Positions 10,301 to 21,013 of a DNA stretch of 64,000 bases are shown in pieces. The DNA comes from a candidate division FCPU426 bacterium (GTDB lineage Bacteria > Oederibacteriota > Muellerivitia > Muellerivitales > Muellerivitaceae), in contig CAVTWJ010000005.1 of the NCBI GenBank assembly GCA_963738405.1, positions 32,001 to 96,000 of the forward strand. Reading direction: 5' to 3'. Within the stretch, counting starts at the first letter, position 1, and the number at the start of each line of letters is the position of its first letter. The position numbers were made by a program, and so were the translations under genes. The notes below the pieces were generated by a model, which worked only from the letters and a program-made list of their open reading frames with translations, was not told where the DNA came from and made no database searches.

Positions 10301-13300
10301 AGGTCAAGGTTGCGGTCTTTGTGAAAGTCGAGGTAGCCGTTGGAGTGGATGTCGGGGTAGCAGTTTGAGTGGCCGTGGGAGTAGCGGTCTGGGTGAAGGT
10401 GGACGTTGCGGTTTGCGTGGCAGTTGAAGTGTTAGTCGGAGTGGCTGTTTGCGTGGCAGTCGAAGTGTTAGTCGGAGTGGCTGTCTGTGTAAAGGTCGGA
10501 GTAGCTGTCTGAGTAAAGGTAGGCGTAGCAGTTTGGGTGGAGGTGGGGGTAGCCGTCTGTGTGGCAGTCGATGTAAAGGTCAAGGTTGCGGTCTTTGTGA
10601 AAGTCGAGGTAGCCGTTGGAGTGGATGTCGGGGTAGCAGTTTGAGTGGCCGTGGGAGTAGCGGTCTGGGTGAAGGTGGACGTTGCGGTTTGCGTAAAGGT
10701 TGGAGTTGCAGTTTGGGTGAATGTGGGGGTGGCCGTTTGCGTAAAGGTAGGCGTAGCTGTCTGCGTGGAGGTTGCGGTTGCGGTTTGTGTGGCAGTCGAT
10801 GTAAAGGTCAAGGTTGCGGTCTTTGTGAAAGTCGAGGTAGCCGTTGGAGTGGATGTCGGGGTAGCAGTTTGAGTGGCCGTGGGAGTAGCGGTCTGGGTGA
10901 AGGTGGACGTTGCGGTTTGCGTAAAGGTTGGGGTGGCTGTCTGGGTGAAGGTGGAAGTAGCAGTTTGAGTGGCGGTGGAGGTTGCAGTGGGTGTGAATGT
11001 CAAGGTTGCGGTCTTTGTGAAAGTCGAGGTAGCCGTTGGAGTGGATGTCGGGGTAGCAGTTTGAGTGGCCGTGGGAGTAGCGGTCTGGGTGAATGTGGAC
11101 GTTGCGGTTTGCGTAAAGGTTGGAGTAGCTGTCTGCGTGGAAGTTGCGGTTGCGGTTTGTGTGGCAGTCGATGTAAAGGTCAAGGTTGCGGTCTTTGTGA
11201 AAGTCGAGGTAGCCGTTGGAGTGGATGTCGGGGTAGCAGTTTGAGTGGCCGTGGGAGTAGCGGTCTGGGTGAAGGTGGACGTTGCGGTTTGCGTAAAGGT
11301 TGGGGTGGCTGTCTGGGTGAAGGTGGAAGTAGCAGTTTGAGTGGCGGTGGAGGTTGCAGTGGGTGTGAATGTCAAGGTTGCGGTCTTTGTGAAAGTCGAG
11401 GTAGCCGTCTGGGTGAATGTCGGGGTAGCAGTTTGAGTGGCTGTGGGGGTTGCAGTGGGTGTGAAGGTAGGCGTGGCTGTTTGCGTGGCAGTCGAAGTGT
11501 TAGTCGGAGTGGCTGTTTTTGTAAAAGTCAGGGTAGCAGTCTGTGTAAACGTCGAAGTAGCCGTTTGAGTGAATGTGGGTGTAGCAGTTTGGGTGTATGT
11601 CGGAGTAGCCGTCTGAGTGGCAGTCGAAGTGTTAGTCGGAGTGGCCGTTTTGGTGAAGGTGAGCGTGGCGGTTTGAGTAACCGTAAGCGTAAAGGTGGGA
11701 GTTTGTGTAAGCGTAAAGGTCGGTGTTTGAGTTTGAGTCACGGTGGGAGTCAAAGTCTTTGTAAAGGTGGAGGTAATGGTGGGTGTTACGGTAGGGGTTT
11801 TAGTTATGGTAGGGGTAAAGGTGCGGGTGGACGTCTTGGTGGGGGTTAAGGTTGGGTTACAAACAGCAGGTACTATTTCAATCGCCGCTAATTGAGCAAA
11901 ACAAGCCGTTGCACTGGAAAAACGGTAATTAAGCGTGGTGACACCCGCCGCGGCAACCAGCGGCATATCGTCACCTTGGGCCGAGTAAATTGCCGCCGCA
12001 GATTGAACCCAGCGCTGGGTCTGATTGGCATTCTGGGGCGTAATTCCATCCGCGTTTCGATCCGCGACACAAAAGCCCAAAATATCGCTATTGGGATTGA
12101 TCGCGGTCAAATTGATGCTTTGGTTTCGGCTGCTGACCGCCCCCAAAGAGGTTACATAATTCCAACTGGCGATGGATTGGCTTGCACCGGCGAAAAGAAT
12201 TGCGCCCACATTCATACTACGAGTTGCGGCTTGGGTGATTGAAACCGCCACACTGGCAGTTCCTATCGGCGGGTTTAATAAATAGTACTCTCCAATCGCG
12301 ACGTGGTTTGTCGTATCAACTTGCATTGGGAAAATTTGCGTCAAAGGCATATTGGCATAAGTACAGGTCAAGGATTCGGCGGCCGTCGAACCCTGAATTT
12401 CCACTTGAACAATCAAAAGACTGTTAGAAACATCCGTCATTAAGTTAAACGAGGTATTTGCATTTACCAAATTGACAATGGCGGGTGATGCGGCGGAATT
12501 GTCATAGGTCACCAAACAGGGAATGTTGGTGGCAGTGATGGTGGCGGTTGGCGTGTTGCTGGGAACAATGGTTCCGGTCGGGGAAATGGTATAGGTGGGC
12601 GAAAGAGTGACCGTGGGAGAAAGAGTCACTGTGGGAGTGGGAGCGCATTGGAAACCTGCATTGGCACCAGCGATTTGCGAGATGATTTCGCTTGTCGATT
12701 CGTCGATTTGTTGTCCCCCCTGCCCGGCGGTGGAACCATAGGGTTCCTGAGCGGTCGTGGTGTATCCATTTACTCCGGCCTGGAGGTTGTAAAAAGGAGA
12801 ATTTGTTCCTCCGTCATTGTTGAAAATATATCCGCCCCCACCACCACCACCGGGGCCATGCCGTTCTGCCGCTCCCCCATTTTTAGTCGGCCATGCGTTG
12901 GCCCCGTTCCCCCCGGCGGCCGAGAGTGTGATACTTCCGGCCGAAGCAAAGTTGTCATTTGAAAGGATCACTAGGCTTCCGGCCGCACCACCACCACCGC
13001 CTCCATCATTTTCAGTGTCAAAACCACGGCCACCATCGGCGGAAATAACTCCCGTTCCGGTTAAATAGCCGGTGCGAATGAGAACAAGTCCGCCGCCCGA
13101 ACCTCCCGATCCCTCAATGATCCCGTTATCGCTATAGGGCCCGGGTGCCGGATTATTATTATTCGTGTCGTTCCTATCCCCCGCCCCACCGCCGCCGCCC
13201 ATGATGATCTGGTTGACCACCGCGGAAAACGCCGCGCCTCCCCATCCTCCAATTGTCGCAGCCCCATTCCATGTGTCCCCTCCCCTTCCGCCGGAACCGC

Positions 13301-14306
13301 CATTACCGCCGCCGCCGCCGCCTGCGTTCATGGTATTTGCGCCGCAAGTATTGCTGTCGTTTCCACCACCGCCCGCGTTGCCAGGCGCGCCCCAGCCAAC
13401 GTCGCCGTTAGGGTACCCATCGGCGCCGGTCGTGTTGTAGGTAGTGGTATTGTTATTTTGAATGGCCGTACCGTTTTGCGGAAGGGTGTAAAGAGGTGTT
13501 CCGGCGATGCCTTCACCCTTGGCACCAAAATTCAAATTGGCGGCTAGATCCCGGTAATCAAACTGAGACTCGCAAGAACTGCCAGCGATCTGCTTTGCTC
13601 CACCACCGTTAAAGCCCAACCCATCCGCGAAAATTTTGCTGCCGCTAAGGTTGAGTGTGTAGCTGACATCCATGGCAACCACGCCGCCCACACCGTTCGC
13701 TCCATTCCATTGCAGACAGCTCACAGGTCCGGCCAAACTCGCCGACGCGTACTGGGGAACCCGGATTACCTGAAATGTTTCCTGCCCGTTTAATAAGGCA
13801 CCGGAATGAATGAAAACCGTGTAGGAATTAACTAGACCGTTGCCAGCCCCGGTTCCGGTGAAAGACAAAACCCCGCCCACAATGGGTCCCTTGGCAACGA
13901 CGTATTCGTAAATTCCCGTGTTCTGAATCGCGGTTGAACCGGACCCTGATCCCGTTCCGTCACCATAGACGCTAGTGACCGCCGAATTAATGACGGCGTC
14001 CTGCATTTGGATCACCAATAGCAAATCGCCCGCGGCAATGGCGGTCGCGGAACCGTACGCCGCACCCACGTGAATAACGGTCGCTCCCGCGGCGGCAGAC
14101 GCAGTTCCAGGGTAGTAGGTGTTAATGACGCCGGAGATGGAGGGGGAAAGATCTTTTCCGGGAGTTCCACAAAGAGGGGCGGACTGGACTTGGCCAGCGA
14201 CACTCACAAAAAACAGGCACAGAGCTATAAACCAAAAAACCTTGGATTTAAAAAGTTTTTGGTCATTCCTTACTTCAAATGTCATTTTCACAAAAAATGC
14301 AAACAA
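7344..14306 (-). CDS. Giant surface protein: Gly-rich head, beta-sandwich, Thr-alternating stalk, FlgD-Ig-like and T9SS type A-like CTD
   Basis: Signal peptide; GGGGGxNGG repeats; ~1300 aa of (Tx)n; C-terminus AWPNIARPG...IKIYDIAGE...WNLQN..GTGVY...KAVKITFIH. Confidence 0.88.
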   Translation of the reverse strand: MFAFFVKMTFEVRNDQKLFKSKVFWFIALCLFFVSVAGQVQSAPLCGTPGKDLSPSISGVINTYYPGTASAAAGATVIHVGAAYGSATAIAAGDLLLVIQMQDAVINSAVTSVYGDGTGSGSGSTAIQNTGIYEYVVAKGPIVGGVLSFTGTGAGNGLVNSYTVFIHSGALLNGQETFQVIRVPQYASASLAGPVSCLQWNGANGVGGVVAMDVSYTLNLSGSKIFADGLGFNGGGAKQIAGSSCESQFDYRDLAANLNFGAKGEGIAGTPLYTLPQNGTAIQNNNTTTYNTTGADGYPNGDVGWGAPGNAGGGGNDSNTCGANTMNAGGGGGGNGGSGGRGGDTWNGAATIGGWGGAAFSAVVNQIIMGGGGGAGDRNDTNNNNPAPGPYSDNGIIEGSGGSGGGLVLIRTGYLTGTGVISADGGRGFDTENDGGGGGGAAGSLVILSNDNFASAGSITLSAAGGNGANAWPTKNGGAAERHGPGGGGGGGYIFNNDGGTNSPFYNLQAGVNGYTTTAQEPYGSTAGQGGQQIDESTSEIISQIAGANAGFQCAPTPTVTLSPTVTLSPTYTISPTGTIVPSNTPTATITATNIPCLVTYDNSAASPAIVNLVNANTSFNLMTDVSNSLLIVQVEIQGSTAAESLTCTYANMPLTQIFPMQVDTTNHVAIGEYYLLNPPIGTASVAVSITQAATRSMNVGAILFAGASQSIASWNYVTSLGAVSSRNQSINLTAINPNSDILGFCVADRNADGITPQNANQTQRWVQSAAAIYSAQGDDMPLVAAAGVTTLNYRFSSATACFAQLAAIEIVPAVCNPTLTPTKTSTRTFTPTITKTPTVTPTITSTFTKTLTPTVTQTQTPTFTLTQTPTFTLTVTQTATLTFTKTATPTNTSTATQTATPTYTQTATPTFTQTATSTFTQTATLTFTKTATPTNTSTATQTATPTFTPTATPTATQTATPTFTQTATSTFTKTATLTFTPTATSTATQTATSTFTQTATPTFTQTATSTFTQTATPTATQTATPTSTPTATSTFTKTATLTFTSTATQTATATSTQTATPTFTQTATSTFTQTATPTATQTATPTSTPTATSTFTKTATLTFTPTATSTATQTATSTFTQTATPTFTQTATSTFTQTATPTATQTATPTSTPTATSTFTKTATLTFTSTATQTATATSTQTATPTFTQTATPTFTQTATPTFTQTATSTFTQTATPTATQTATPTSTPTATSTFTKTATLTFTSTATQTATPTSTQTATPTFTQTATPTFTQTATPTNTSTATQTATPTNTSTATQTATSTFTQTATPTATQTATPTSTPTATSTFTKTATLTFTSTATQTATPTSTQTATPTFTQTATPTFTQTATPTNTSTATQTATPTFTQTATPTSTQTATSTNTQTATQTATPTFTQTATPTFTQTATPTFTQTATPTSTQTATPTFTQTATPTNTSTATQTATPTFTQTATSTSTQTATSTNTQTATQTATPTFTQTATPTFTQTATPTSTLTATQTATPTFTQTATPTSTQTATPTFTQTATPTNTSTATQTATPTFTQTATSTNTQTATQTATPTFTQTATPTFTPTTTPTFTQTATPTFTQTATQTFTQTATPTVTQTHTQTFVDTATMTSTPTNTPTATATFTTTSTPTSTQTSTTTNTQTATPTFTQTPTPTDTQTATPTFTQTATPTSTQTATPTDTPTSTATYTTTATPTQTPTSTPTFTQTSTPTATSTATLTATPTDTPTATATYTTTATPTDTTTATATYTQTATPTFTQTSTPTYTETATATDTQTATQTATPTFTQTATPTATSTATLTATTTHTPTATATETTTATTTETPTATPTFTQTQTPTDTETATPTDTQTATQTATPTFTQTATSTATSTATLTATPTDTPTATATYTTTATTTETPTATATFTQTSTPTVTATHTQTFIFTPTITSTATETPTATATFTMTSTPTDTPTSTPTETQTATPTDTQTATPTSSSTATLTETETDTPTSTATDTPTATPTDTPTATATFTPTATSTATLTASFTATPTVTSTPTETSTFTVTSTYTPVPTVTSTPTVTSTLTATPTFTPSATPTITNTPTPSFTPTITSTPTITSTPGGVVTGPCGLQVVNVFDGRGELIANFCGNTIFPAGSTYSASLSTFVPSASGLGGAITIFLNNQPIAVWNGLDLKGQLVPNGFYHFTIIETTPEKNTVVMARDAFIADESGTNGLQLAAWPNIARPGDTITILASFSGTPPDSQSRIKIYDIAGELLQTLSLNNGSTVWNLQNQLGQGVGTGVYLAVFDGTEPSSGNPVRKAVKITFIH
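7975..11855 (-). repeat. Coding tandem repeat (about 24-bp [12 protein letters not shown] units) with block duplications
   Basis: Thr at every second residue; near-identical DNA blocks, e.g. ~10755-11036 vs ~11127-11408 (offset 372 bp). Confidence 0.95.
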
Positions 14307-14336
14307 AGCTTCTCCCCAGGGCCAACCACAAGGCTT

Positions 14337-14372
14337 GTTAACCGGTTAACCTCGAGGAATTATAACGTTATA
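14337..14372. promoter_or_regulatory. Promoter -10 of the giant gene with two perfect palindromes
   Basis: GTTAACCGGTTAAC (14337-14350) and TATAACGTTATA (14361-14372); minus-strand TATAAT at 14364-14359. Confidence 0.55.
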
Positions 14373-14526
14373 CTCAGGATAATTCTTGTATTTCGCACTA
14401 AAAAGAAGGGCTAAAAAGGGGCCTTTTAAAGGGTTTTTAAAAATTTAACATTTGAATGATCTTTAAGCGGATCACATGGGAAATTTTTACCCAATTCTGC
14501 AAGGCTTCATTGGACGGAATTCGATG

Positions 14527-14871
14527 CTACGATTGATCAATCCTTGGTGCGTCTTCCCATAACATGTCCAAATCATAGAAACTTCTCGCCTCGGGTTTGA
14601 AAATATGAACCACCACATCGATGTAATCCAAGATGTACCAGTTGATATCTTTGGCGCTCAATATCGGGCGGATGCCCTTTTCTTTTTTGAGTTTATCTTC
14701 CACCGAATCGGCCAAAGCGCGAATCTGCGGGTCCGACCCGCCCGTGCAGAGGACAAGGAAATCGGCATAGTTCACCAAATTTCCTACGTCGAGGGTTTTG
14801 ATGTCAATCGCCTTTTTGTCTTCAAGCGCTTCAATCACAGCCTTTAGAATTTCTTTATGTTCAGTGTTCAA
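14527..14871 (-). CDS. rsfS: Ribosome silencing factor
   Basis: EDKKAIDI..ADFLVLCTG..QIRALAD..WYILDYIDVVVHIF..RSFYDLDMLW; probable TTG start at 14871. Confidence 0.95.
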   Translation of the reverse strand: MNTEHKEILKAVIEALEDKKAIDIKTLDVGNLVNYADFLVLCTGGSDPQIRALADSVEDKLKKEKGIRPILSAKDINWYILDYIDVVVHIFKPEARSFYDLDMLWEDAPRIDQS

Positions 14872-14872
14872 T

Positions 14873-15142
14873 TCAGCCTCTTGGATTTTGACGTACATGA
14901 TCAATGGCCCGAGCTAACTCCACCAATAAATCAGTCTTGAACTGCTGGCGAAGCTCTTCCAATCTTGTAAAGAGATAACCGCGTTCCGTTACGTGATACT
15001 TTGGGGGAAGCCGGTTAAGCACAATCGCTAGAATATCCAGTCTTTCTTTTTCCGAAAGATTTATATCCTTGAAAGCGGGCTCCACCAGTATTTCCTCCAG
15101 TGATCTTCGCGCCGCCTCTTCCATAAAATTAACCAAGTTCAT
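14873..15142 (-). CDS. ComFB-family protein
   Basis: LVNFMEE...DILAIVLNRLPPKY...V..NPR signature. Confidence 0.88.
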   Translation of the reverse strand: MNLVNFMEEAARRSLEEILVEPAFKDINLSEKERLDILAIVLNRLPPKYHVTERGYLFTRLEELRQQFKTDLLVELARAIDHVRQNPRG

Positions 15143-15151
15143 CCCAATATC

Positions 15152-15784
15152 CTAAAGATAGAATTTTTGATTATGAATGTACTGTTCCACGGGCTCCGGC
15201 ACCAAATACTTAATACTTTTCCATTCCCGCACTTTCTGGCGAATATCCGTGGAGCTGATGTCGGAAGTTGAAATATTTTCAATGATGACATTGTCGAGTA
15301 TATGCGATTCCTCCGGACGCGAAGACGAACCCAACATCTTATAGTTAAATATTTTCCCCGCATCATAACCAGGACGAGGCACCGCGATAAACCGGCAAAG
15401 TTTTAGTAAAGCGTCTATGTTTTTCCAAGTGGATATTTCCATCAAAACATCCGCTCCCACAATAAAGTAAAGTTTAGCGTCCTCGCCATAAACTTGGGAA
15501 AAATGCCGGACCGTATCAATGGAATAGGATCGGCCCCCGCGGTCAATTTCGAAATCAGAAACTTCAAAGCACGGGTTCCCCACCGTGGCCAAATGCACCA
15601 TGATGGATCTTTTGCGGGGTTCCAAAAGATCCGTCGGGTCTTTACGGGGCGGTAAAAAGGCAGGGACAAAAATCACTTTGTCTAAGTTGTACTTTGAGCG
15701 GATTTCCTCAGCGACGATTAAATGGCCGTAGTGAATGGGATTAAAAGTTCCCCCAAAAATGGCAATCGACTTTGAACCGCTCAC
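15152..15784 (-). CDS. nadD: Nicotinate-nucleotide adenylyltransferase
   Basis: FGGTFNPIHYGH, SYSIDT, FIVGAD and ISSTDIR motifs. Confidence 0.96.
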   Translation of the reverse strand: MSGSKSIAIFGGTFNPIHYGHLIVAEEIRSKYNLDKVIFVPAFLPPRKDPTDLLEPRKRSIMVHLATVGNPCFEVSDFEIDRGGRSYSIDTVRHFSQVYGEDAKLYFIVGADVLMEISTWKNIDALLKLCRFIAVPRPGYDAGKIFNYKMLGSSSRPEESHILDNVIIENISTSDISSTDIRQKVREWKSIKYLVPEPVEQYIHNQKFYL

Positions 15785-17535
15785 TCTCCCAAATCCTTCA
15801 GGAAAGAATTGATCATATCGCCCGTAAGAAACTCGTTTTCATTTCCCTCTTGAGGAGCGCTGGCGGGTGGCAGGTTCGGGGCGTCTCCAACGGGAATCTT
15901 CGTTTTCTCCAGGGCGGCTTTTTCTGGCTGTCCCTGCGGGGTTTCCTTCTCGGGCGAAGCGGAAATAACCCTTCCTTTCGCGGCCGCTATAAGCTTATCC
16001 AATTCGTCACGTGTTAGGCCGCTCGTCGCCGATACTTTCATTTGTTGTGTTTGGCCCGACGCGACATTTTTGGCTGTAACATTTACGATTCCGTTAGCGT
16101 CAATTGAAAAGGTAACTTCGATTTGGGCCGCTCCCGCAACTGCCGCTGGAATCCCCAGGAAAGAAAAGAAGCCTAATGTTTTATTATTGGTTGCGATTTT
16201 CGACTCACCCTGCAACACCTTAATGTTGACGGAGGTCTGCATGTCTTTAACCGTGGAATATAGTTTGCTCATCTTTGTAGGAACCGTGGTATTCCGGGGA
16301 ATAATCGCGCTAAAAGTTCCCCCTAAAGTTTCCACGCCGAGTGAAAGCGGAGTAACGTCCAGAAGCAAGGCGTTTTTAACGTTTCCATTGATAATCCCAG
16401 CCTGAATGGACGCTCCTAACGCTACCGCTTCGTCTGGGTTTACTTTCGTGTTAGGTTCTTTGTTGTAGAATCTTTTTACAACCTCGCGAACTTTCGGCAT
16501 CCTCGTCATGCCGCCAACCAAAAGCACCTCGTTCAAATCCACAGGCGCGAGATTCGCGTCTTTGAGGGCCTTTCGGCACGGCTCAAGCGTTCTCTCCACC
16601 AACGGAGCCACTAACTCCTCGAAAAGTTCACGGGATATGGCATAAGAGAGATTAAGAGGAATTCCGTCTTTCTTAGCGATAAATGGAAGATTAATATCAG
16701 TTTTGGGAACTGTGGACAGGTCACATTTTGCTTTTTCGGATGCTTCCCGGAGTCTTTGGATCGCGACTGGATCCGCACGAAGGTCCAACCCGGTTTCGGA
16801 TTGAAATTTCCCCAGGACCCATTCCATAAGGCTTTGATCAAAATCGTCCCCACCCAGATGGGTATCACCACACGTTGAAAGCACCCGGTACAACCCGTTT
16901 AACAGTTCGAGCACTGTAACGTCGAGGGTCCCTCCGCCCAGATCGTAAACGACGATCTTTTGATTTTTTTTGGTATCAAAATCGTAGGATAAGGCGGCTG
17001 CGGTGGGTTCATTGATAATCCGCAAAACCTCAAAACCCGCAATTTTACCGGCATCCTTTGTGGCTTGACGTTGGGAATCGTTGAAATACGCCGGAACCGT
17101 AATAACAGCCTGCGTTACTTTTTCACCGAGCTTGGTTTCAACATCTTGTTTTATTTTCTGGAGGATAATCGCGGATATTTCTTCGGGAGATTTAAGCTGG
17201 TTATCCAGTTGGACCCGAATATCACTGTTTTCCGATCCCCCTAAGTCGTACGAAACGAGTGTTTTATCCTTTTGGACATCATCATCGGTAATCTTTCGGC
17301 CTATGAACCTTTTTATCGAGGAAACAGTTCCTTTTGGATTCGTGAAGGCCTGATGTTTGGCATCCAATCCGACCAACCAACTACCCTGAGCCGTTAACGC
17401 TACTACGGAAGGTGTGGTACGGTAACCATCCGAATTCGGAATAACTTGAGGTTCCCCGCTCTTGAGGAAGGCCACACAAGAATTGGTTGTTCCCAGGTCG
17501 ATTCCGATAGCAACGGTAGCTGCACGTTCAGGCAT
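15781..17535 (-). CDS. Hsp70/DnaK paralog lacking most of the helical lid
   Basis: [34 protein letters not shown] and SBD-beta are present; the protein ends in a P/A/E-rich tail after helix A. Confidence 0.9.
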   Translation of the reverse strand: MPERAATVAIGIDLGTTNSCVAFLKSGEPQVIPNSDGYRTTPSVVALTAQGSWLVGLDAKHQAFTNPKGTVSSIKRFIGRKITDDDVQKDKTLVSYDLGGSENSDIRVQLDNQLKSPEEISAIILQKIKQDVETKLGEKVTQAVITVPAYFNDSQRQATKDAGKIAGFEVLRIINEPTAAALSYDFDTKKNQKIVVYDLGGGTLDVTVLELLNGLYRVLSTCGDTHLGGDDFDQSLMEWVLGKFQSETGLDLRADPVAIQRLREASEKAKCDLSTVPKTDINLPFIAKKDGIPLNLSYAISRELFEELVAPLVERTLEPCRKALKDANLAPVDLNEVLLVGGMTRMPKVREVVKRFYNKEPNTKVNPDEAVALGASIQAGIINGNVKNALLLDVTPLSLGVETLGGTFSAIIPRNTTVPTKMSKLYSTVKDMQTSVNIKVLQGESKIATNNKTLGFFSFLGIPAAVAGAAQIEVTFSIDANGIVNVTAKNVASGQTQQMKVSATSGLTRDELDKLIAAAKGRVISASPEKETPQGQPEKAALEKTKIPVGDAPNLPPASAPQEGNENEFLTGDMINSFLKDLGE

Positions 17536-17549
17536 AAACCTTCCTTAAC

Positions 17550-18134
17550 CTAAGCTTTTTTGCCATAAACATAGCCCATGGCCAAACTTAAAGTTTTTTT
17601 TGCTTCATAGTCATCTGAATTATATTTTAATAGTCTTTCAAAGCAAGCTACCGAATCTTTGAAATTCCCTTGATACCCAAAGAGGATCCCGAGGTTGAAA
17701 TGAGCATTTACAAACCCTGGTATTAATTTCGCAGATGCCACCCACTCATGCTGGGCCTGGTTCCAATTGTCTTTATCCTGAAAAAATTCATTCCCTTTAA
17801 AGAAATGAAGCTCCGCTTCTATTTCTTCCTTTGATTTCTTTAAATTCAGCAGCCCTTTTTTAACCCCCACCAACAAGCCCATTTCCTTTCGGATATCGTT
17901 TCGGACCTGAAAATTATAGATTTCACGCTTCAGAGGATCGCTTAAAACATTGTAAGCCTCAACAATTTCCATTGTTTTCTCAATAGCCGATTCCACTTGG
18001 CCTGGATTGGTATCGGGGTGATTCTGGAAAATAAGTTGTTTATAGGTTTCTTGCAAATGTTGCAGGTCAATGGGGGGATAGATCTTAAAAATTTCATAAT
18101 AATTTTTTTTTGCCACTTCGTGATACCCCATCAA
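17550..18134 (-). CDS. J-domain + TPR protein
   Basis: NYYEIF..YKQL..HPD..EAYNVLSDP..R..Y J-domain, followed by TPRs (AHFNLG). Confidence 0.9.
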   Translation of the reverse strand: MMGYHEVAKKNYYEIFKIYPPIDLQHLQETYKQLIFQNHPDTNPGQVESAIEKTMEIVEAYNVLSDPLKREIYNFQVRNDIRKEMGLLVGVKKGLLNLKKSKEEIEAELHFFKGNEFFQDKDNWNQAQHEWVASAKLIPGFVNAHFNLGILFGYQGNFKDSVACFERLLKYNSDDYEAKKTLSLAMGYVYGKKA

Positions 18135-18230
18135 AAGTAAAGAGATTTAGAATTCCGTAATCCGAGACTAATTTGGCAAGTCAACTATACTAGCATGAAA
18201 AAAAGTTTAATTTTAAGGTAAATGGACGCC

Positions 18231-19367
18231 CTAATACAAAAGGGTTTGAACCATGTTATCCCGATGAACCGCTTCTTCCGGCGTCGAAGGGCCTAATTTT
18301 TCTCGAATTTCTTTGGTCCTCAACCCTTTTATTTTTTCCAACAGGCTCGAATCGAAACTCGATAGCCCCTTAGCAAATTCCAAGCCGTGAAGGGTTAGAA
18401 TTTTAACCATTTCGCCTTTTTTCCAATCGCCTTTAATCAGTTTGATTCCGGAAGGCAAAAGACTCTTATGACCCTCGAGGGCCTTGCGCGCGCCTTCATC
18501 CACCCAAATTTCCCCTTTGGGCCTCACACTCCAAGCCAGCCATCTTTTACGACTATTCATTTTGACAACGGATGGATAAAAGTAAGTTCCGACTTTGTGA
18601 CCCTCACAAATCTTTTGGAGGATTTTTACGTCCCTGCCATTGGCGATGACCATTGGGATGCCGGACAACATCATTTTTCGCGCAACACGGATTTTAGTGG
18701 CCATACCTCCCGTCCCTACACCGGACCGGGTTCCGGTGGCTCCCCGATCATAACGTTCATCCCATGCGGTGATTTCTGAAATAAGTCTCGCGTTTGGATT
18801 CTGCCTTGGGTCATCCTCGAAGAATCCGTCCGTATCTGTCAAGATGATCAAAAGGTCCGATTCAGTCCAGTGGCTGACCAACATGGCAAGCGTATCGTTG
18901 TCTCCAAACTTTATCTCTTCTACCGCGACCGTATCATTCTCATTCACTACCGGAATAACTTGGTTTCTCAGAAGTTCCAAGAAAGTATTGTGGGCATTGG
19001 TATAGCGTTCTCGATCCGACAAATCCTCTTGTGTTAAGAGGATTTGAGCCACCTTGAGGTTTTTATTTTTAAACAATGTCTGATAGGCCTGCATCAATCG
19101 GCATTGGCCAATGGCCGCTAAGGCTTGAAGCCGTGGAATTTCCCTGGGACGCTTTTTAAGATTCAATTCATGCATTCCCGCGGCAATCGCGCCAGAAGTG
19201 ACAATGATCGTTTTAACTCCCCCAACCTGAAGACTATGAATTTGTTTGGCCAGCGAGCGCAAAAAATGGTTTTGAATCCCCTTGGTTTTACCCTCGGTCA
19301 ATAAACTGCTCCCAACCTTCACAACAATGCGTTTGATGGGAGGCAATTTCCTGCGGTCAGCTTTCAT
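18231..19367 (-). CDS. proB: Glutamate 5-kinase with PUA domain
   Basis: VVKVGSS, NEND, FGDNDTL, GTGGMATK and HRDN; ATG at 19367. Confidence 0.97.
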   Translation of the reverse strand: MKADRRKLPPIKRIVVKVGSSLLTEGKTKGIQNHFLRSLAKQIHSLQVGGVKTIIVTSGAIAAGMHELNLKKRPREIPRLQALAAIGQCRLMQAYQTLFKNKNLKVAQILLTQEDLSDRERYTNAHNTFLELLRNQVIPVVNENDTVAVEEIKFGDNDTLAMLVSHWTESDLLIILTDTDGFFEDDPRQNPNARLISEITAWDERYDRGATGTRSGVGTGGMATKIRVARKMMLSGIPMVIANGRDVKILQKICEGHKVGTYFYPSVVKMNSRKRWLAWSVRPKGEIWVDEGARKALEGHKSLLPSGIKLIKGDWKKGEMVKILTLHGLEFAKGLSSFDSSLLEKIKGLRTKEIREKLGPSTPEEAVHRDNMVQTLLY

Positions 19368-20652
19368 GGCGGGTCTCCAAGCGATTGGGTTCGTAAAAAA
19401 GTTCTTTATTCCCCAAAAAAACGGTGTCACCCGGCTTCGCGCCTTGGCGGTGCAGTTCGCCGATCACCCCCAAGCGTTTGAGGATCTTTTGAAATCTTTC
19501 GAGGCCGTCCCGGCTTTCAAACCGGGTCATGGCGACCCATTTATCCACTTCGCGCCCCGAAACATGATATCCGCTTCCTTCCTTCCAGACCCGGAAACGG
19601 GCTTTGACTTCGTATTTTACTTCTGATTCGGGCCCTATTTCATCCATCAGGGGCAAGGGTTCCTGGACCCTTTTCCATGTTTCTTCCAAAAGGGCCGCCA
19701 GACCTTCTCCCGATACGGCCGAGATCAGAAAAACTTTTATTCCCTTTTTAGAAAAACTTTTCGCCCAAGCCAAGGCTTTCTCCTTTTCCAAGAGGGCGTC
19801 CGCCTTGGTCAAGACGAGAATCTGCGGTGTTTTTTTAAATCGGGCGCTGTGATTAAAAAGTTCCCGGTCAATGGTCTTAATTTGACGCTGAAGGTCCTTC
19901 AAATCTTTGACCGACGTTAAGTCGACGAGGTGAAGAAGAAGCCGGGTGCGTTCGAGATGCCTTAAAAATTTGATCCCCAAGCCCTTTCCCTGGCTTGCCC
20001 CTTCAATCAGCCCCGGCATATCGGCCATTACAAAATTTCTATTTTCAGAAAGGGAAATGACGCCCAGCTGGGGTTCCAGTGTCGTGAACGGATAATCGGC
20101 GATTTTGGGGCGGGCCTTCGAAACTCTTGAAAGGAGAGTGGATTTCCCGGCGTTCGGAAAGCCTAAGAGCCCCACATCCGCGAGGAGTTTAAGCTCCAAC
20201 CGCAATACTTTTGTTTCTCCAGGTTCCCCATTTTCCGCCAAGCGGGGCGCCTTTTGAGTCGCGGTGGCAAAAGTTGTGTTTCCTCGGCCGCCACGGCCGC
20301 CTCTGGCCACGAGAAATCTTTGGCCGTTCTCCCGCATATCGGTGATGAGCTCGTGATCCGGGGACCAGACCATGGTGCCCACCGGAACATGGATGACCAC
20401 CGGCTCGGCGGCCCTGCCATGCTGATTTTTGCCCTTGCCGTGTTCGCCGTGTTTGGCGCGGAAGAGAGGGCGGTATATAAAATCCACGAGGGTTCGGGTA
20501 TCGAGGCGCGCTTCCAGAATTATATCCCCGCCGCGGCCGCCATTGCCGCCGTCCGGTCCGCCGCGGGGAATATATTTTTCCCTTCGGAAGCTGGAACAAC
20601 CGTTCCCCCCCTGCCCCGCTTCCACCGTGATTACCGCTTCATCAACAATCAT
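19357..20652 (-). CDS. obgE: GTPase ObgE/CgtA
   Basis: FRREKYIPRGGPDGG, GFPNAGKST, YPFTT and C-terminal OCT domain. Confidence 0.98.
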   Translation of the reverse strand: MIVDEAVITVEAGQGGNGCSSFRREKYIPRGGPDGGNGGRGGDIILEARLDTRTLVDFIYRPLFRAKHGEHGKGKNQHGRAAEPVVIHVPVGTMVWSPDHELITDMRENGQRFLVARGGRGGRGNTTFATATQKAPRLAENGEPGETKVLRLELKLLADVGLLGFPNAGKSTLLSRVSKARPKIADYPFTTLEPQLGVISLSENRNFVMADMPGLIEGASQGKGLGIKFLRHLERTRLLLHLVDLTSVKDLKDLQRQIKTIDRELFNHSARFKKTPQILVLTKADALLEKEKALAWAKSFSKKGIKVFLISAVSGEGLAALLEETWKRVQEPLPLMDEIGPESEVKYEVKARFRVWKEGSGYHVSGREVDKWVAMTRFESRDGLERFQKILKRLGVIGELHRQGAKPGDTVFLGNKELFYEPNRLETRHES

Positions 20653-20690
20653 GAGATCAGCTTTCAAACATAATGAGACTGCCCACAAAT

Positions 20691-20719
20691 AAAAAAACCC
20701 CGCCCTTTGGGACGGGGTT
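20691..20719 (-). terminator. Intrinsic terminator after rpmA
   Basis: AACCCCG..CGGGGTT hairpin plus U-tract. Confidence 0.75.
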
Positions 20720-20733
20720 GGGACAAAGGAGTG

Positions 20734-20994
20734 CTAAACAGTCTGGGGTGCGACGCTTACTTTCTTCGTGCCACCTCGAAATTCCCTGAAACTTACTTCT
20801 CCGGAAATCTTGGCGAACAGAGTATCGTCCTTGCCCACACCCACATTGAGGCCGGGTTTGTACCGAAGGCCTCTTTGACGAACGAGAATGCTTCCCGCCG
20901 TCACAAAATTTCCGCCGTGCGCCTTGATTCCCAGACGCTGGCTATTGCTATCTCTGCCGTTCCGGGTGGAACCACCCGCTTTATGCTGACCCAT
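20734..20994 (-). CDS. rpmA: 50S ribosomal protein bL27
   Basis: [37 protein letters not shown]. Confidence 0.97.
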   Translation of the reverse strand: MGQHKAGGSTRNGRDSNSQRLGIKAHGGNFVTAGSILVRQRGLRYKPGLNVGVGKDDTLFAKISGEVSFREFRGGTKKVSVAPQTV

Positions 20995-21013
20995 TTTCCT
21001 GCTCCCTTTTCAA

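Noticed and set aside
7861..11849. Long plus-strand ORFs rich in V/A/G or G/R/C/S
   Set aside because: Antisense shadows of the Thr-repeat coding sequence.
7975..11855. Possible CRISPR array
   Set aside because: Degenerate in-frame coding repeats with no unique spacers and no cas genes.
20691..20719. Terminator just before obgE as an attenuator
   Set aside because: Adequately explained as the rplU-rpmA terminator with read-through.
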